Shown here piece by piece: positions 25,795 through 37,495 of a DNA stretch of 47,509 bases. Numbering within the stretch: position 1 is the stretch's first letter; each line of letters begins with the position of its first letter. The notes beneath the pieces were generated by a model that was given only the letters and a program-made list of their open reading frames with translations, searched no databases and was not told where the DNA came from. Both the position numbers and the translations under genes were made by a program. The DNA lies in contig JNEM01009958.1 of NCBI GenBank assembly GCA_000697335.1, forward strand, positions 1 through 47,509. Direction: 5' to 3'. The stretch is from Conidiobolus incongruus B7586 (taxonomy: Eukaryota).

Positions 25795-27819
25795 CTAGGC
25801 AGCAAATCGACGAGTCCATTCAATGGTTTCATTCATGAAACGGATCAAGTTAGCAGAGCCACTGACACCGTGACCTTCGTCGGGGAAGTAAAGGAGACGG
25901 GAGGGAATACCCTTGCGTTGGAGGACAGTGAAAGCAGCCAAGGCTTCACCATCGACGATACGATAGTCATTTTGACCTTGAACAACAAGAGTGGGAGTCT
26001 TCCAATCCTTGATGTAAGTGTCAGGAGACCATCTTCTGTAGGAGGCTTCATTTTCCATGGGAGTACCCTTGAAATCGTATTCGGGGAACCAGAGCTCATC
26101 AGTAGAGAAGTAGGTGTGGTAGGTATCCATCTTGCCATTGCACATGACGATACACTTGAAGCGGTCTGTATGACCATTAATCCAGTTACCCATGTAACCA
26201 CCATAAGAGGTACCAACAGAGCAAGCTCTATTGCCATCAGCCCAAGAGTATTTGGCGAGGAGGGCATCTAAACCTTTCATCAAATCTTCATAAGGATAAG
26301 TACCCCAGTTATCACGGATGGAGTCAGTGAAGTTTTGACCGAAACCAGTGGAACCATGGAAGTTAACAGCGAGGACAATACGACCAGCACCAGTGTGAAC
26401 GTTGAAGTTGTGGTTGGTGGACCAGCGATCTAAATAAGCACCTTGGGGACCACCGTGGATGATCAAACTGATGGGATATTTCTTAGAGGGATCGAAATTG
26501 ATGGGCTTAAGAAGAAAAGCATGAACTTTTTCATTGAAGGCACCATTAAACCAGAAATCTTCAACATCAGCCAAATAGATACCCTTGAATTTTTCTTCAT
26601 TAGCCTTGGTCAATTGAGTAAATTCAGAGCCATCTAATTTGACAGTGTAAATATCATTGGGGTAGGCAATGGAGGAAACGGAGAAGACAAGCTTATCATC
26701 ACCAAGAAGGGAGACACCGGCGGCGGAGCGATCTTTGGTTAAAGCTTTAACATCGCCGGAAGCAACATCAATGGAGAAAATCTTAGTTCTGGCGATATCT
26801 TCAGCAGTAACAATGAGCTTAGAGCTATCAGCTGAAAAAACTAAAGAAGTTGGACTGCGATCCCATTTAGGGGCCAAGAATTTCTTAGTCTTGTCCTTCA
26901 AGCTATAGAGAACAATGCTGTTCTTGTCAGATTCGTACTTAGGGGTGTTCATTTGTAACCAAGCGAGGGTCTTACCATCCTTGGAAAAGGTGGGTTGAGT
27001 AGCAGCACCATGATTGTCCAAGGTCAAATCTTGAGGAGCAGCGGAACCATCGATGGGAACGAGGTAGATGTTTTGTTCGGTTTCCCAGGCTTGATCAACA
27101 CCAGGCTTCTTAGCACCGAAGGCAACAGTGTTGCCATCAGGTGAGATTTGGTAATCGCTGGGACCACCAGTGTAATCAACAGGAGATTCCAAACCAGTAT
27201 CCTTTAACAAGTTGACAGCTTTTCCAACTTGCTTCAAACCAATAGGGCTAGAAGCATCCTTGTCCAATTGAACAGAGAACAATTGGGTAAGACCACGCTT
27301 GACAAAGTGATCCCAGTGTCTGACCATTAATTGATCATAAACTAAAGCTGTATCAAATTTCTTATCTGGATCAGGATTATCGACGTAAGCAGCGGCAACA
27401 ATGCGATTGGTGGCAGCATTATATTTGAAAGAAGAGATAGGATAAGTAATGTTGACTAAGAGTTCAGGAGTAGCCTTCTTGACAGTATCATAGACAAAAA
27501 TGGCTGATTTGGAAACGAAAGCAAGTTGAGTATCGCTGATCCAAGAAGCACCAGAAGCAGTTCCATTGATGGAAGCAGTGTGAGAAACTGATTGTTTAGT
27601 TTCAAGATCCATTAGATAGTATTCGGTGGGCTTCTTGTTGGTCTTGGGATTATACTCAGCCTTAGAGTAGAAAATGGACTTACCATTAGGACTGGGCAAA
27701 CCAGCACCAACAGAGACAACAGTAGCCAAATCAGTAGGTGTGAAAGGGCGAAGTTGAGGTTTAGTAGGGTAATCGGCACTTAATAAGCCAATCAAGAATA
27801 TAGAAAATAAATAATTCAT
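25795..27819 (-). CDS. DPP5: Secreted dipeptidyl-peptidase V (S9 family serine peptidase), 674 aa, single exon
   Basis: Signal peptide; YDQLMVRHWDHF; beta-propeller repeats; IIHGGPQG, NFHGSTGFGQ, nucleophile GTSYGG, catalytic Asp (QNDYRI) and His (DEGHG). Confidence 0.92.
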   Translation of the reverse strand: MNYLFSIFLIGLLSADYPTKPQLRPFTPTDLATVVSVGAGLPSPNGKSIFYSKAEYNPKTNKKPTEYYLMDLETKQSVSHTASINGTASGASWISDTQLAFVSKSAIFVYDTVKKATPELLVNITYPISSFKYNAATNRIVAAAYVDNPDPDKKFDTALVYDQLMVRHWDHFVKRGLTQLFSVQLDKDASSPIGLKQVGKAVNLLKDTGLESPVDYTGGPSDYQISPDGNTVAFGAKKPGVDQAWETEQNIYLVPIDGSAAPQDLTLDNHGAATQPTFSKDGKTLAWLQMNTPKYESDKNSIVLYSLKDKTKKFLAPKWDRSPTSLVFSADSSKLIVTAEDIARTKIFSIDVASGDVKALTKDRSAAGVSLLGDDKLVFSVSSIAYPNDIYTVKLDGSEFTQLTKANEEKFKGIYLADVEDFWFNGAFNEKVHAFLLKPINFDPSKKYPISLIIHGGPQGAYLDRWSTNHNFNVHTGAGRIVLAVNFHGSTGFGQNFTDSIRDNWGTYPYEDLMKGLDALLAKYSWADGNRACSVGTSYGGYMGNWINGHTDRFKCIVMCNGKMDTYHTYFSTDELWFPEYDFKGTPMENEASYRRWSPDTYIKDWKTPTLVVQGQNDYRIVDGEALAAFTVLQRKGIPSRLLYFPDEGHGVSGSANLIRFMNETIEWTRRFAA

Positions 27820-30800
27820 GTTGTTGATCTCTTAAAGAGAAGTAAGAGATCTGACATGAAATCAGGAACAGTATTTATATCGCCTCTAAACTTATTGTAT
27901 TATCATCCATTTAATTCATGTTGGATACTCATAAATCATGTGAGCATCCAAATCCAATTATGTCGAATTAATAATTACCGACTTAGATTTTAACTTGATC
28001 ATTTTAATTTGGAAAAGTTTTCAATAACTCATATAATAATGATAGTTTTTGGTATATGAAACTAGTTTGAGTTAATAGAATAAAAAAGCTTATTTAGTAA
28101 TTTTTTATCATAAAAATAACTTTTAATTTAACAGATTTTAGTTTCAACAATGTATATGCAATAATTGTCTAATTCTGACAATTAAGTATTCTTTACCAAA
28201 AATGGTAATTAGGTATTAATGTATAAGTTTCTAATGATACCACTTGAACAAATAATTTTATACTTAATACTTAATTAATAGTTACTCCAATTTATAAAAG
28301 TCACTATGACGTGAATTATGTTATTTGTATATTTAAATTTCATAATATCAAAATTCTTACTATTTATTATTATTTCGTTTGCTTTTATACCAAAAAACAA
28401 CACAAATACTTTTAATCAAATCCAATACATTAGTTACCTTCGACTTTATGCACTTCTAAACCGTGGTCGTTTAAATGGAAAAATACTTCACAGATCATAT
28501 GAATTATGTGTAAGTGAAAAATTAAATAACTTGATCATTAAAAATTATTTTTTTTAACAAATTATAAATCATATTTTATCTATTGAGTATAAAATAGTAA
28601 GATTTGTAAGGTTTGATCATATGAGTATATTTTTAACATATTTATATTTGTTAAATATAGGATTTTTTGAAGATTTTTGAAGTAGATTTTATGAGGTTAC
28701 TAGGAATTATTATAATGATCGATGCTATTTTAGATATATATTCTATCTTTGTTATTTATTTATGTTTACTCTTTCGAATTAACAGAGATGATTATGAGAA
28801 TATGACGAATTTATTTTACGATTGGTATGATAACAGTTAAAGATTCAATAACTTAATGAATTTAAATTAATATGATATTTGCTATTGTTACATTAATTTT
28901 TCTCTTTTCACTTATATTTTAGATAATTTAAATTGAATTTTCAAATTTCAAGAATTTTAATTGGATAGTTGGTTAATTTAATGTTGAATAAAATAGCAAT
29001 TTTGTTCTAATATGTAGATTTGATTGAATTATTATGTATTATATACTGAGAAATTGTAGGAAAATATATTGTATATAAACTGAATACATTCTAACAATAT
29101 TTGAGCTTTTTAATTTTTTAACTGAATGCATCAATTCCAATTTTCATCAACTGAATAAATCGTCAAAATTCTTTAAAGTTAATTATAACAGAATTTCAAT
29201 GGCATATTATTTGAATAGTTTAAAGTTGGTAGTTATAGTATACATATGTAGATAATCTGTAGATTAGATATTGAAGTCTGTAATTTAAGCGGAATTCATC
29301 TACATATCAATAGCATTTTAATCATTTTATATAAATTGTTCAAACTGGATCCTTGAGTATTATGAGAATAAATTATAATTTCAATTTTTATATAATTTAA
29401 TTCTAAGCATTATAATTGTGTAAAAATATATAATATCTGGTATATTATATATACTCAAATTTGTTTTTTTTCGTCTTGCAGTTGATAATTATAAATTGAA
29501 TATTCATCATTTCGTTTACTATACTCAAGTACATTTAATACTTTTTAATCCAAAATTTATAAATATAATATCATTAACTTGATTTAAGGTAAATCCAAAT
29601 ATCAAATTAAACAGTCACTTTACTTGAAATTTTAATTATATTAAATTTAACACTAATAAGCATTAATCCCAATACAGCCTCTCAAAAATTATTTTAATTA
29701 TCATACATTAAAATTAAGAAAAATGAATTGGAAAAGGCATTTTATAATTTTGATGCACTAATATATTATTTGAGTTATTCTTAAAATCTAATGTGTAAAA
29801 AATTATGGCTCCAAAAATAATTTTACATCAAGTTCATACTCGATTTTTATTCGAATCACTGCATATTTGATTGAACCACAAACAGCCGTCATCATTAATA
29901 TTATCATTATAAATTCAAGTTTAACAAATTATTATGACTCAGAGAATTTATTGAATGCTTAGACAAAAAAGGATGAAAAATCTAGATCTACTTTAGATTG
30001 AATAATTTAATTATATGATTATCAAGTTATATTTGTTTAAATCTGTGAACTATGAGTTTATTTCCAGTCTTTGACAGTAAATTCAACCTATATATTTTTT
30101 CATTATGTTCTCCATTAAGATATATTAAATAGACCAACCATCGTACATTTTCAGAATTAACATATCAATTATTAGATGATATCATGAAAATGTACAGTTT
30201 GAAATTCATTCGAATTCTTGTAAAATTGGATTTAGTTGTATTGTTTTTAAATAGTTATATTATCATATAAATTTAATATTTAAAATTGAGAAATGGCTAT
30301 GCTACTCAATTCAAAAGTAAGTTGACTAAATTATTTTTCAGAATTAATATCAAATTCACTATATTTTTAAAATGATGTATATATAAATAGATATGCTTAT
30401 AATGCTAAGATGTTATATAATAACCAAAAAATGAAATGATGTAATGCATTGAATCAATTTTAATTGGGCATATGATTAATAATTTGAACTATAGTATTAA
30501 CTTAATAGTTCGAGGTTGTTTTTGTAGCTTTAGAAGGTTAAATTCAAATTAAATAGGTTATTTAGCCAATTAATATCTTGAATCATGGTATTATTACTAT
30601 ATTAATAGATATTTAATCATTTTCGAGATAATAATAATACTCTTTTGAATATTTTCAAAAATAAAATAATGCAACATTAAAGTCAGTCAGTAATTATTAA
30701 TAATTTGTATCATATTTTTTTAATAATAAATCAATCAACTGATAGATTTAAAAATGAATTAATAAATTATCTCAATCTCTGTGTTTTATTAGCTCAATAA

Positions 30801-31206
30801 TATTATCATATTTTGAAATATGAATAGATTTAGAGTTCTGTATTGTTTGTATTTTGATTAAAATTAATATTTCTATTTTAATTATTTCAAATTATTAAGA
30901 TCATCTTTAATCAATATTGAATCCTTAATATAATAATCATAATATAATAACTTTTTTTAAAATGTAAAATTAATTTGTTTATATATTGATTTTTTAATAT
31001 ATTTTAATTCAAAAATTTTCTTACCATAATTTTCCATTGTGTCATTTTTTAAATTTATCCCAACATTAAAATTCTGTTTAAATCATTATTTTAATATATC
31101 ATAAAGTAATCAATTCAATATATTTAGTAAATTTTAAAATTTTAATTAAATATTTCCTTTTTTTAAAATTGAATAGATTATAAATAATAATAATATAGTA
31201 ATAATT

Positions 31207-32322
<1,116 letters not shown>

Positions 32323-32523
32323 ATGATTCGAATTGGTTTCTAATTTGTCAGATCACTCCCTTGCTAATTGGAAGTGTCAAATTTGAAATGGCATAAATTC
32401 CAATTACTAAATTAAGGTTTTGTAATAAAACAACCATCCGCATATAGCCAAACTCATATAAATACATCGAATATCTTTTAATGTTGTATCATGTTCATTT
32501 AATTAGTTTTTTAATGTTCTAAA

Positions 32524-34134
32524 ATGAGATGGTGCTTAATAATATTGTTAGTACTATTTCGATCTCATTTATCGTTGGGATATTGGGAAGAATTCCAGTT
32601 CAGAATGAATTTAAACTGTCAAAATATTAGTAGTCAACATTATTCTAACTGTTTAAACTATCAATTCGACAATGTTGTTAAGGCCAACGCCATTGTTAAT
32701 AACGATATACTATCGACTAGTGTAACAAATTCTCCGAATAAGATTCAAAATTGGTATATTTTAGATCTATTATTAGCTTGCAATGCTCAAGTGACTAGAG
32801 ATCAAGTGAATGGAATAGTCAGCAGGAATCACAAAAATGAGTTGATGGGATATTTACAATGTTCCAATTCATGTCCAATCCATAATCAACTCTTATTAGC
32901 CAATTTAACTAGTATCAAATACTTCATGGTACTCGTTGAAGACTGTGAAAGTAAAATTTCAAAGAATTTTATCAATGATCAAGTATTTATTCCGATATCA
33001 GGACAATTGAATTTCAATAATTATTGGAGTAATCTTGTCAACCACACTATCAAGTATAACCTTGATATTAATAACTCTAACTTAGTTCTTGTTACTCTAA
33101 ATCCATATCAATCTAATTCACTAACATTGATCTTGGTGATCATTCTAATTTGCTTTATTGTGATTTTGATAGTGTTTTTAGGTTTTTTAGTTAGGTTTAG
33201 GAAAAAATCAGACCAAGAGTACTCATCCGTTGATATTATTGGCGATTATCATATCATGCACAATAACGGTGCCAATAATTGGATATCAGCGTCCCTGGAC
33301 GACAAGGAAATCAAAACACATACAGAAATTGTGGAATCCCGCCCGAAGAGTTTGGAGGAAGAGATGAATGAAGTGTTTGAAGAGTTGAGCAACAAGTCCA
33401 AGTCTTTAGGAGAGGCAGAGAATGAGCGCAGCAATGTTCCAATAACCGAACAACCATCAATTGGTAGATCGGAATATAGTATTAATATTAATCAATTGAT
33501 CAACCCTGACAGTTCTAATGCCTCATCATCGCCAGATTCTGCTACTATTCCAAAGCATTTTTCATTTCGGTCACCCTATAACTCTTCACTTGGATCGCCA
33601 CCGAAAGAGTCGTCGATGAACTTCCCTAGGATGGTTGCCAAAATAGATCCAATTCCACCAAGATCTATACCCTTACAATCCTCGAATGAGCGATTGCAGC
33701 CTCCTTACAAACATACGACCTGTTCCATCTGCTTCTTGGATTATCGCTATGGCGAGAAGGTTCGAAGTTTGACATGTGGACATAGCTTCCACTTGGGCTG
33801 TATCGATCAATGGTTAACCAAATATATTTCCATCAGATGTCCGGTATGCTACAAAGATCTCAAGTTAAGTATGCTAGGCGGCAGTAGTTCGAGTCTTCCA
33901 ATGAAATCCCCCCAGAGCAGCAATCCTATCCCAAGTAAAGAATTTCTGCCATCGACGTTGAAAAACACTGGGGCGGGTTTAAGAGTTGCAAACACCGAAT
34001 CAAATACATTAGGAGGTTCAAATATTATAGAGGGCCACAGTTACCATTCGAGTAATAGTAGCCAATTGTCGCTGCCAGCACCTCACGAAAGGAGATATCA
34101 TAAATTGGACAGATCGCAACAGTTGAACAATTAG
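32524..34134 (+). CDS. Type I membrane RING-H2 E3 ubiquitin ligase, 536 aa
   Basis: Signal peptide, Cys-containing lumenal region, TM helix LILVIILICFIVILIVFLGFLV followed by RFRKK, RING-H2 CSICFLDY..LTCGHSFHLGCIDQWL..CPVC. Confidence 0.88.
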   Translation: MRWCLIILLVLFRSHLSLGYWEEFQFRMNLNCQNISSQHYSNCLNYQFDNVVKANAIVNNDILSTSVTNSPNKIQNWYILDLLLACNAQVTRDQVNGIVSRNHKNELMGYLQCSNSCPIHNQLLLANLTSIKYFMVLVEDCESKISKNFINDQVFIPISGQLNFNNYWSNLVNHTIKYNLDINNSNLVLVTLNPYQSNSLTLILVIILICFIVILIVFLGFLVRFRKKSDQEYSSVDIIGDYHIMHNNGANNWISASLDDKEIKTHTEIVESRPKSLEEEMNEVFEELSNKSKSLGEAENERSNVPITEQPSIGRSEYSININQLINPDSSNASSSPDSATIPKHFSFRSPYNSSLGSPPKESSMNFPRMVAKIDPIPPRSIPLQSSNERLQPPYKHTTCSICFLDYRYGEKVRSLTCGHSFHLGCIDQWLTKYISIRCPVCYKDLKLSMLGGSSSSLPMKSPQSSNPIPSKEFLPSTLKNTGAGLRVANTESNTLGGSNIIEGHSYHSSNSSQLSLPAPHERRYHKLDRSQQLNN

Positions 34135-34206
34135 TTTGATGTTGAACCTGCAGTAATAATGATTTAAGTTTATTAATTAAAAAAATACAATAAAATACAA
34201 TGTGAA

Positions 34207-36324
34207 TTAGTAGGATTCGTCCTGTTCTTTGACTTCGAGCCTTTCCTTTTCGTCTCGTTTCTTTTCGATACAGTATAATGTAAGTACAATGGAGCCTAAG
34301 CCGATGAGGCTAGCTACTAAAGTTCCAAGTACCCATTTCGCATGTTTTGAGAGGTTGATTAACATTTCACGGGTCCATGTTGACGGATCCGAACTGCCAT
34401 TTGGCTGATACGGAATGATGATCAATTGGGAGTTAGGGATAATTCCGGACCATGTGAAATGGCAATGTTTTTGAATGCGACTGACACTAACTATCAAAGT
34501 ACTCAAATAGTTGTTCGTTCTTCCAAGTCCTACCAAATTGTAAGGTGTCAGTAATGCGTGATTTGAAGTTTGGCCCAATTGAGCAATCATTGAACATCTC
34601 TCATTCCCATCCGTATCACTAACAATATATTTAATAGTACCACCTACATAATTCACTCCGTAAGGTTTGACATTGTTTGCGGAAGGCTCAGGACAGTTCT
34701 GAAGACATACGCCATTTGAAATCAAAGTCTTTAAAAAGAAGGCATCATTCAATTCTTCAACGTGCCAGCTCAGTAAAGACGATTGGGAGTCTAGTGGAAT
34801 TTGTAAAATATCGAACTTACCTCGATTTCTCATATCGAAAAAAATCGACTCCATTTTGGATGTTGAGAATGCCGAAGGCAGCTGGTTTCCGGATTGATAT
34901 TCAAATGTTCTTTCACCATTCTTGACACTGTCGGCAGTACAGGTGCCGGCTGTGCATGGAACGCTAATCAGAATCATGTGAATGAATTTCTCCTGCTTTG
35001 AGTTAGTTAGAGTGATCAAAATATCTGGATATCCGTCTAGATTAAAATCACCCAATCTAAGAGGAATTGGCAGAGAAGTACCCTTAAAGTTCACGTCTTC
35101 GTCAAGTATCCAGTGCAAGCCTTTCAAGTTCTTTTAGCCACTTTTTTCTATCATTTTTTGATATTGACCTTGACATACCCAGCCCTCTTCTCGTCAAAGT
35201 CAAATTTAAAATTATTGTCTGGTGAACATAACTGAGAAGCCCATTGACAGTTAGTAGTCTGAGTAGGTGTACAAAGTTCCTGCTGTTGATTATAAACAAT
35301 ATGAATGGTGCAACCTTCCTTATCATCACATGTCGAAAATATCATATCTGCACTACTCTTACCATTAATGTCACCAAAACTGATAGCCTTCGTACCTTTT
35401 GGAAGTTCGTGGCGCGTTTTCAATTCGAACTGATTTTCAGTATTGGTATTGATCCAAATTTGGAATGCTTTACTATCTTCATCCTTCTCCAATTCGCAAG
35501 TGAAGAATAGATCAGGAGCGCAGTCTCCATTAAAATCGATAAAACTGTTGGAGTGGAAGGGATGTAATTTGCATACTTTGTCTGAAGGGTTTTTGGATTG
35601 TAATGCTATTCTGAAGTAATATGATTAGTTAAATAAAAATGAAAAGCGGATAGATACTTACAACTTGAATGATTTAGACTTATCATTATCATTAGGCTGC
35701 ATTTAATCAGTCCAAATAGTGAGTATAGATTTGTCCTTAGTATTCAATTCACTAGAATATCCAATCAAATCAGGTTTCATATCGCCGTTGAGATCAGCTA
35801 CAAATGGTAGGATATGAATAGCACCTGGCAAACTAATCGGATCAGAATCTAAAATATATTTTGAACATTTAATTGATACAATTTTTGAAAATAATAAATA
35901 CTTAAAACTTACCAAAATGACTCAATCAATCTCCCAAAAACAAATCCATTTCAATTACCTTATCCTTCTTGCCTTTAGCATCTTTATCTCCATAAAACAC
36001 CAAAATATCCAATCGACCATCATAATTAAAATCCATAGTCACAACATCCAAAATTATTTTATTCAACTTCAACTTCATATTGTTTTTAGTAATGGAGAAT
36101 TGTCTAGTTTCTATATTCCATACTCCCAACTCGATCTCATTTTGACTGTTGTTGAGTAGGATAATGTCTAGGGATTTGTCGCTGTTAATGTCCCCAAGAT
36201 TTTGAATGCGATATCCGACGAGATGTTCAAAGCCTACGATTTTCTTGTGAAATTTTGGATTTATGGAATGATATATTGATATCATGGATATTAGTATTAT
36301 ATACAAATTAATTACTAATTTCAT
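34207..36324 (-). pseudogene. ITFG1: ITFG1/TIP/LINKIN homolog (FG-GAP repeats plus C-terminal TM), disrupted; exons 36324-35913, 35848-35662, 35610-34207
   Basis: FG-GAP motifs GDINSDKSLDI, MDFNYDGRLDIL, ADLNGDMKPDL, HSNSFIDFNGDCAPDL, GDFNLDGYPDIL; DAFFLK, GLGRTNNY, IIPNSQLIIIP, TM then EKKRDEKER. In-frame stops at 35926-35928 (TGA), 35703-35705 (TAA) and 35134-35136 (TAA); frameshift near the A6 run at 35154-35159. Confidence 0.8.
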
Positions 36325-36328
36325 ATTT

Positions 36329-37474
36329 TCATTTATCTATTGAATTGGATTGAAATCTTAAAGCTTCTGCACTTAATCTGATCCCCAGAGCTGGTTGCAA
36401 CGAGGGGCTACGTTCCCAGTCAGTATGCCTTAGCAGATGAGTGTCAAATAACTTGGAGGGATTTTCGAAATATGTATCCGAATAGTACTCTTGGACATCA
36501 GGCAATACATACACAAAGCAATCTGGCCTGGGGTTATCTGGAAAGTATTTGCAATTTTGGTCATCCATGTAAAACTTTCGGTCTAACTGATCAAGTTTAT
36601 CTGCAACATGTGTGTTATTAGCAGCAAGTGCCTCCTGATAAGTTGCTTCATCAGCTGGTATATCTAGAGAATCATAAAGCTTGTTGTATCCAGCTATGGC
36701 ACATACTCGTCCAACTAGAATACTTAATTTCGGAAACTTTTTTACAATCTCAATGCATGTTGATTCTGAAGGTATATGTGGGTACCAGATGCAGTACGGA
36801 TCGATATCAAACTCTGGAACGATGTTGTTCATAATCAACGTGTTTGCAACGGTTCTAGAAATAACAGGGGACTTCATCATGTCTGTACGCCCCTGACAAT
36901 ATAAAGCAAAGTCCAAGTTAGTAATTACACCATGGGAGATGTATAAATCGAATCTTTTTATATCGAATTTCCACTTGTTAACAGCATCAATATGTCCATG
37001 GTAGCACGCATAGTTGACAAGCATAGTCATGTCGTCCCACACAAAGCGCGGAAGCTTTCCAGATATGTAGAGACAAACATACTTGATGCTAGTATTGTAG
37101 CTGACAGGATACCATTCATTTTTTGAACTTGTGTCTGTCGTATCAATATTGTACCATTCCGACACTTCCTGGGGTGGAAAGCTGATTTCACTAGCGTCAT
37201 CCATCGCAACGTATTTATGCTCAGCTTTTGACAGCTCATCAAAAAGTGGCAGTTTGCGAACATAAGCTTCTACTATAATGTTGACTTCAGGTAATACAGA
37301 AAGAAGCTTGTACGCTTGCATGTAACCACTTCTAACGCATGCACGTCCAAGAAGATACTTATCGGATTCATCCACTTCTCCATTCTGAATCTGTTGGCAT
37401 ATATTTTCTTCTGGTGGAAGGCGTAATCTAAGTTTTGCCCAATACTTTCTAGGTTTAGAATACTTAAACACCAT
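36329..37474 (-). CDS. Intronless 381-aa protein of unknown function with two internal repeats (P..W...P.E..C..I......GR.C...GY...Y..L....E....EA)
   Basis: Uninterrupted ORF; repeat 1 KYLLGRACVRSGYMQAYKLLSVLPEVNIIVEA, repeat 2 PYCIWYP..SILVGRVCAIAGYNKLYDSLDIPADEATYQEA. Confidence 0.75.
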   Translation of the reverse strand: MVFKYSKPRKYWAKLRLRLPPEENICQQIQNGEVDESDKYLLGRACVRSGYMQAYKLLSVLPEVNIIVEAYVRKLPLFDELSKAEHKYVAMDDASEISFPPQEVSEWYNIDTTDTSSKNEWYPVSYNTSIKYVCLYISGKLPRFVWDDMTMLVNYACYHGHIDAVNKWKFDIKRFDLYISHGVITNLDFALYCQGRTDMMKSPVISRTVANTLIMNNIVPEFDIDPYCIWYPHIPSESTCIEIVKKFPKLSILVGRVCAIAGYNKLYDSLDIPADEATYQEALAANNTHVADKLDQLDRKFYMDDQNCKYFPDNPRPDCFVYVLPDVQEYYSDTYFENPSKLFDTHLLRHTDWERSPSLQPALGIRLSAEALRFQSNSIDK

Positions 37475-37495
37475 TTTCCACCTTGGATTGAAATC
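36345..37495 (-). mobile_element. 1125-bp insertion (36358-37482) flanked by an exact 13-bp direct repeat TTGGATTGAAATC (36345-36357 and 37483-37495), probable target-site duplication
   Basis: The repeat copies coincide with both ends of the orphan ORF and with the switch to AT-rich flanks; no TIR, LTR or poly(A) visible. Confidence 0.75.

Noticed and set aside
25845..26908. Overlapping and antisense ORFs within DPP5 (likewise within the kinase, bHLH, RPE1, GFUS and NOT2 genes)
   Set aside because: Shadow ORFs expected from codon bias in real coding sequence; no recognisable motifs.
35849..35958. Alternative donor AAG|GTAATT that would splice out the first ITFG1 stop
   Set aside because: It is phase 0, while nearby acceptors are phase 1 or 2; the product is out of frame and stops quickly.
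34207..36324. Genome-wide stop-codon reassignment as the cause of the ITFG1 in-frame TAA/TGA
   Set aside because: The other genes in the window have no internal stops and use TAA, TGA and TAG as terminators.
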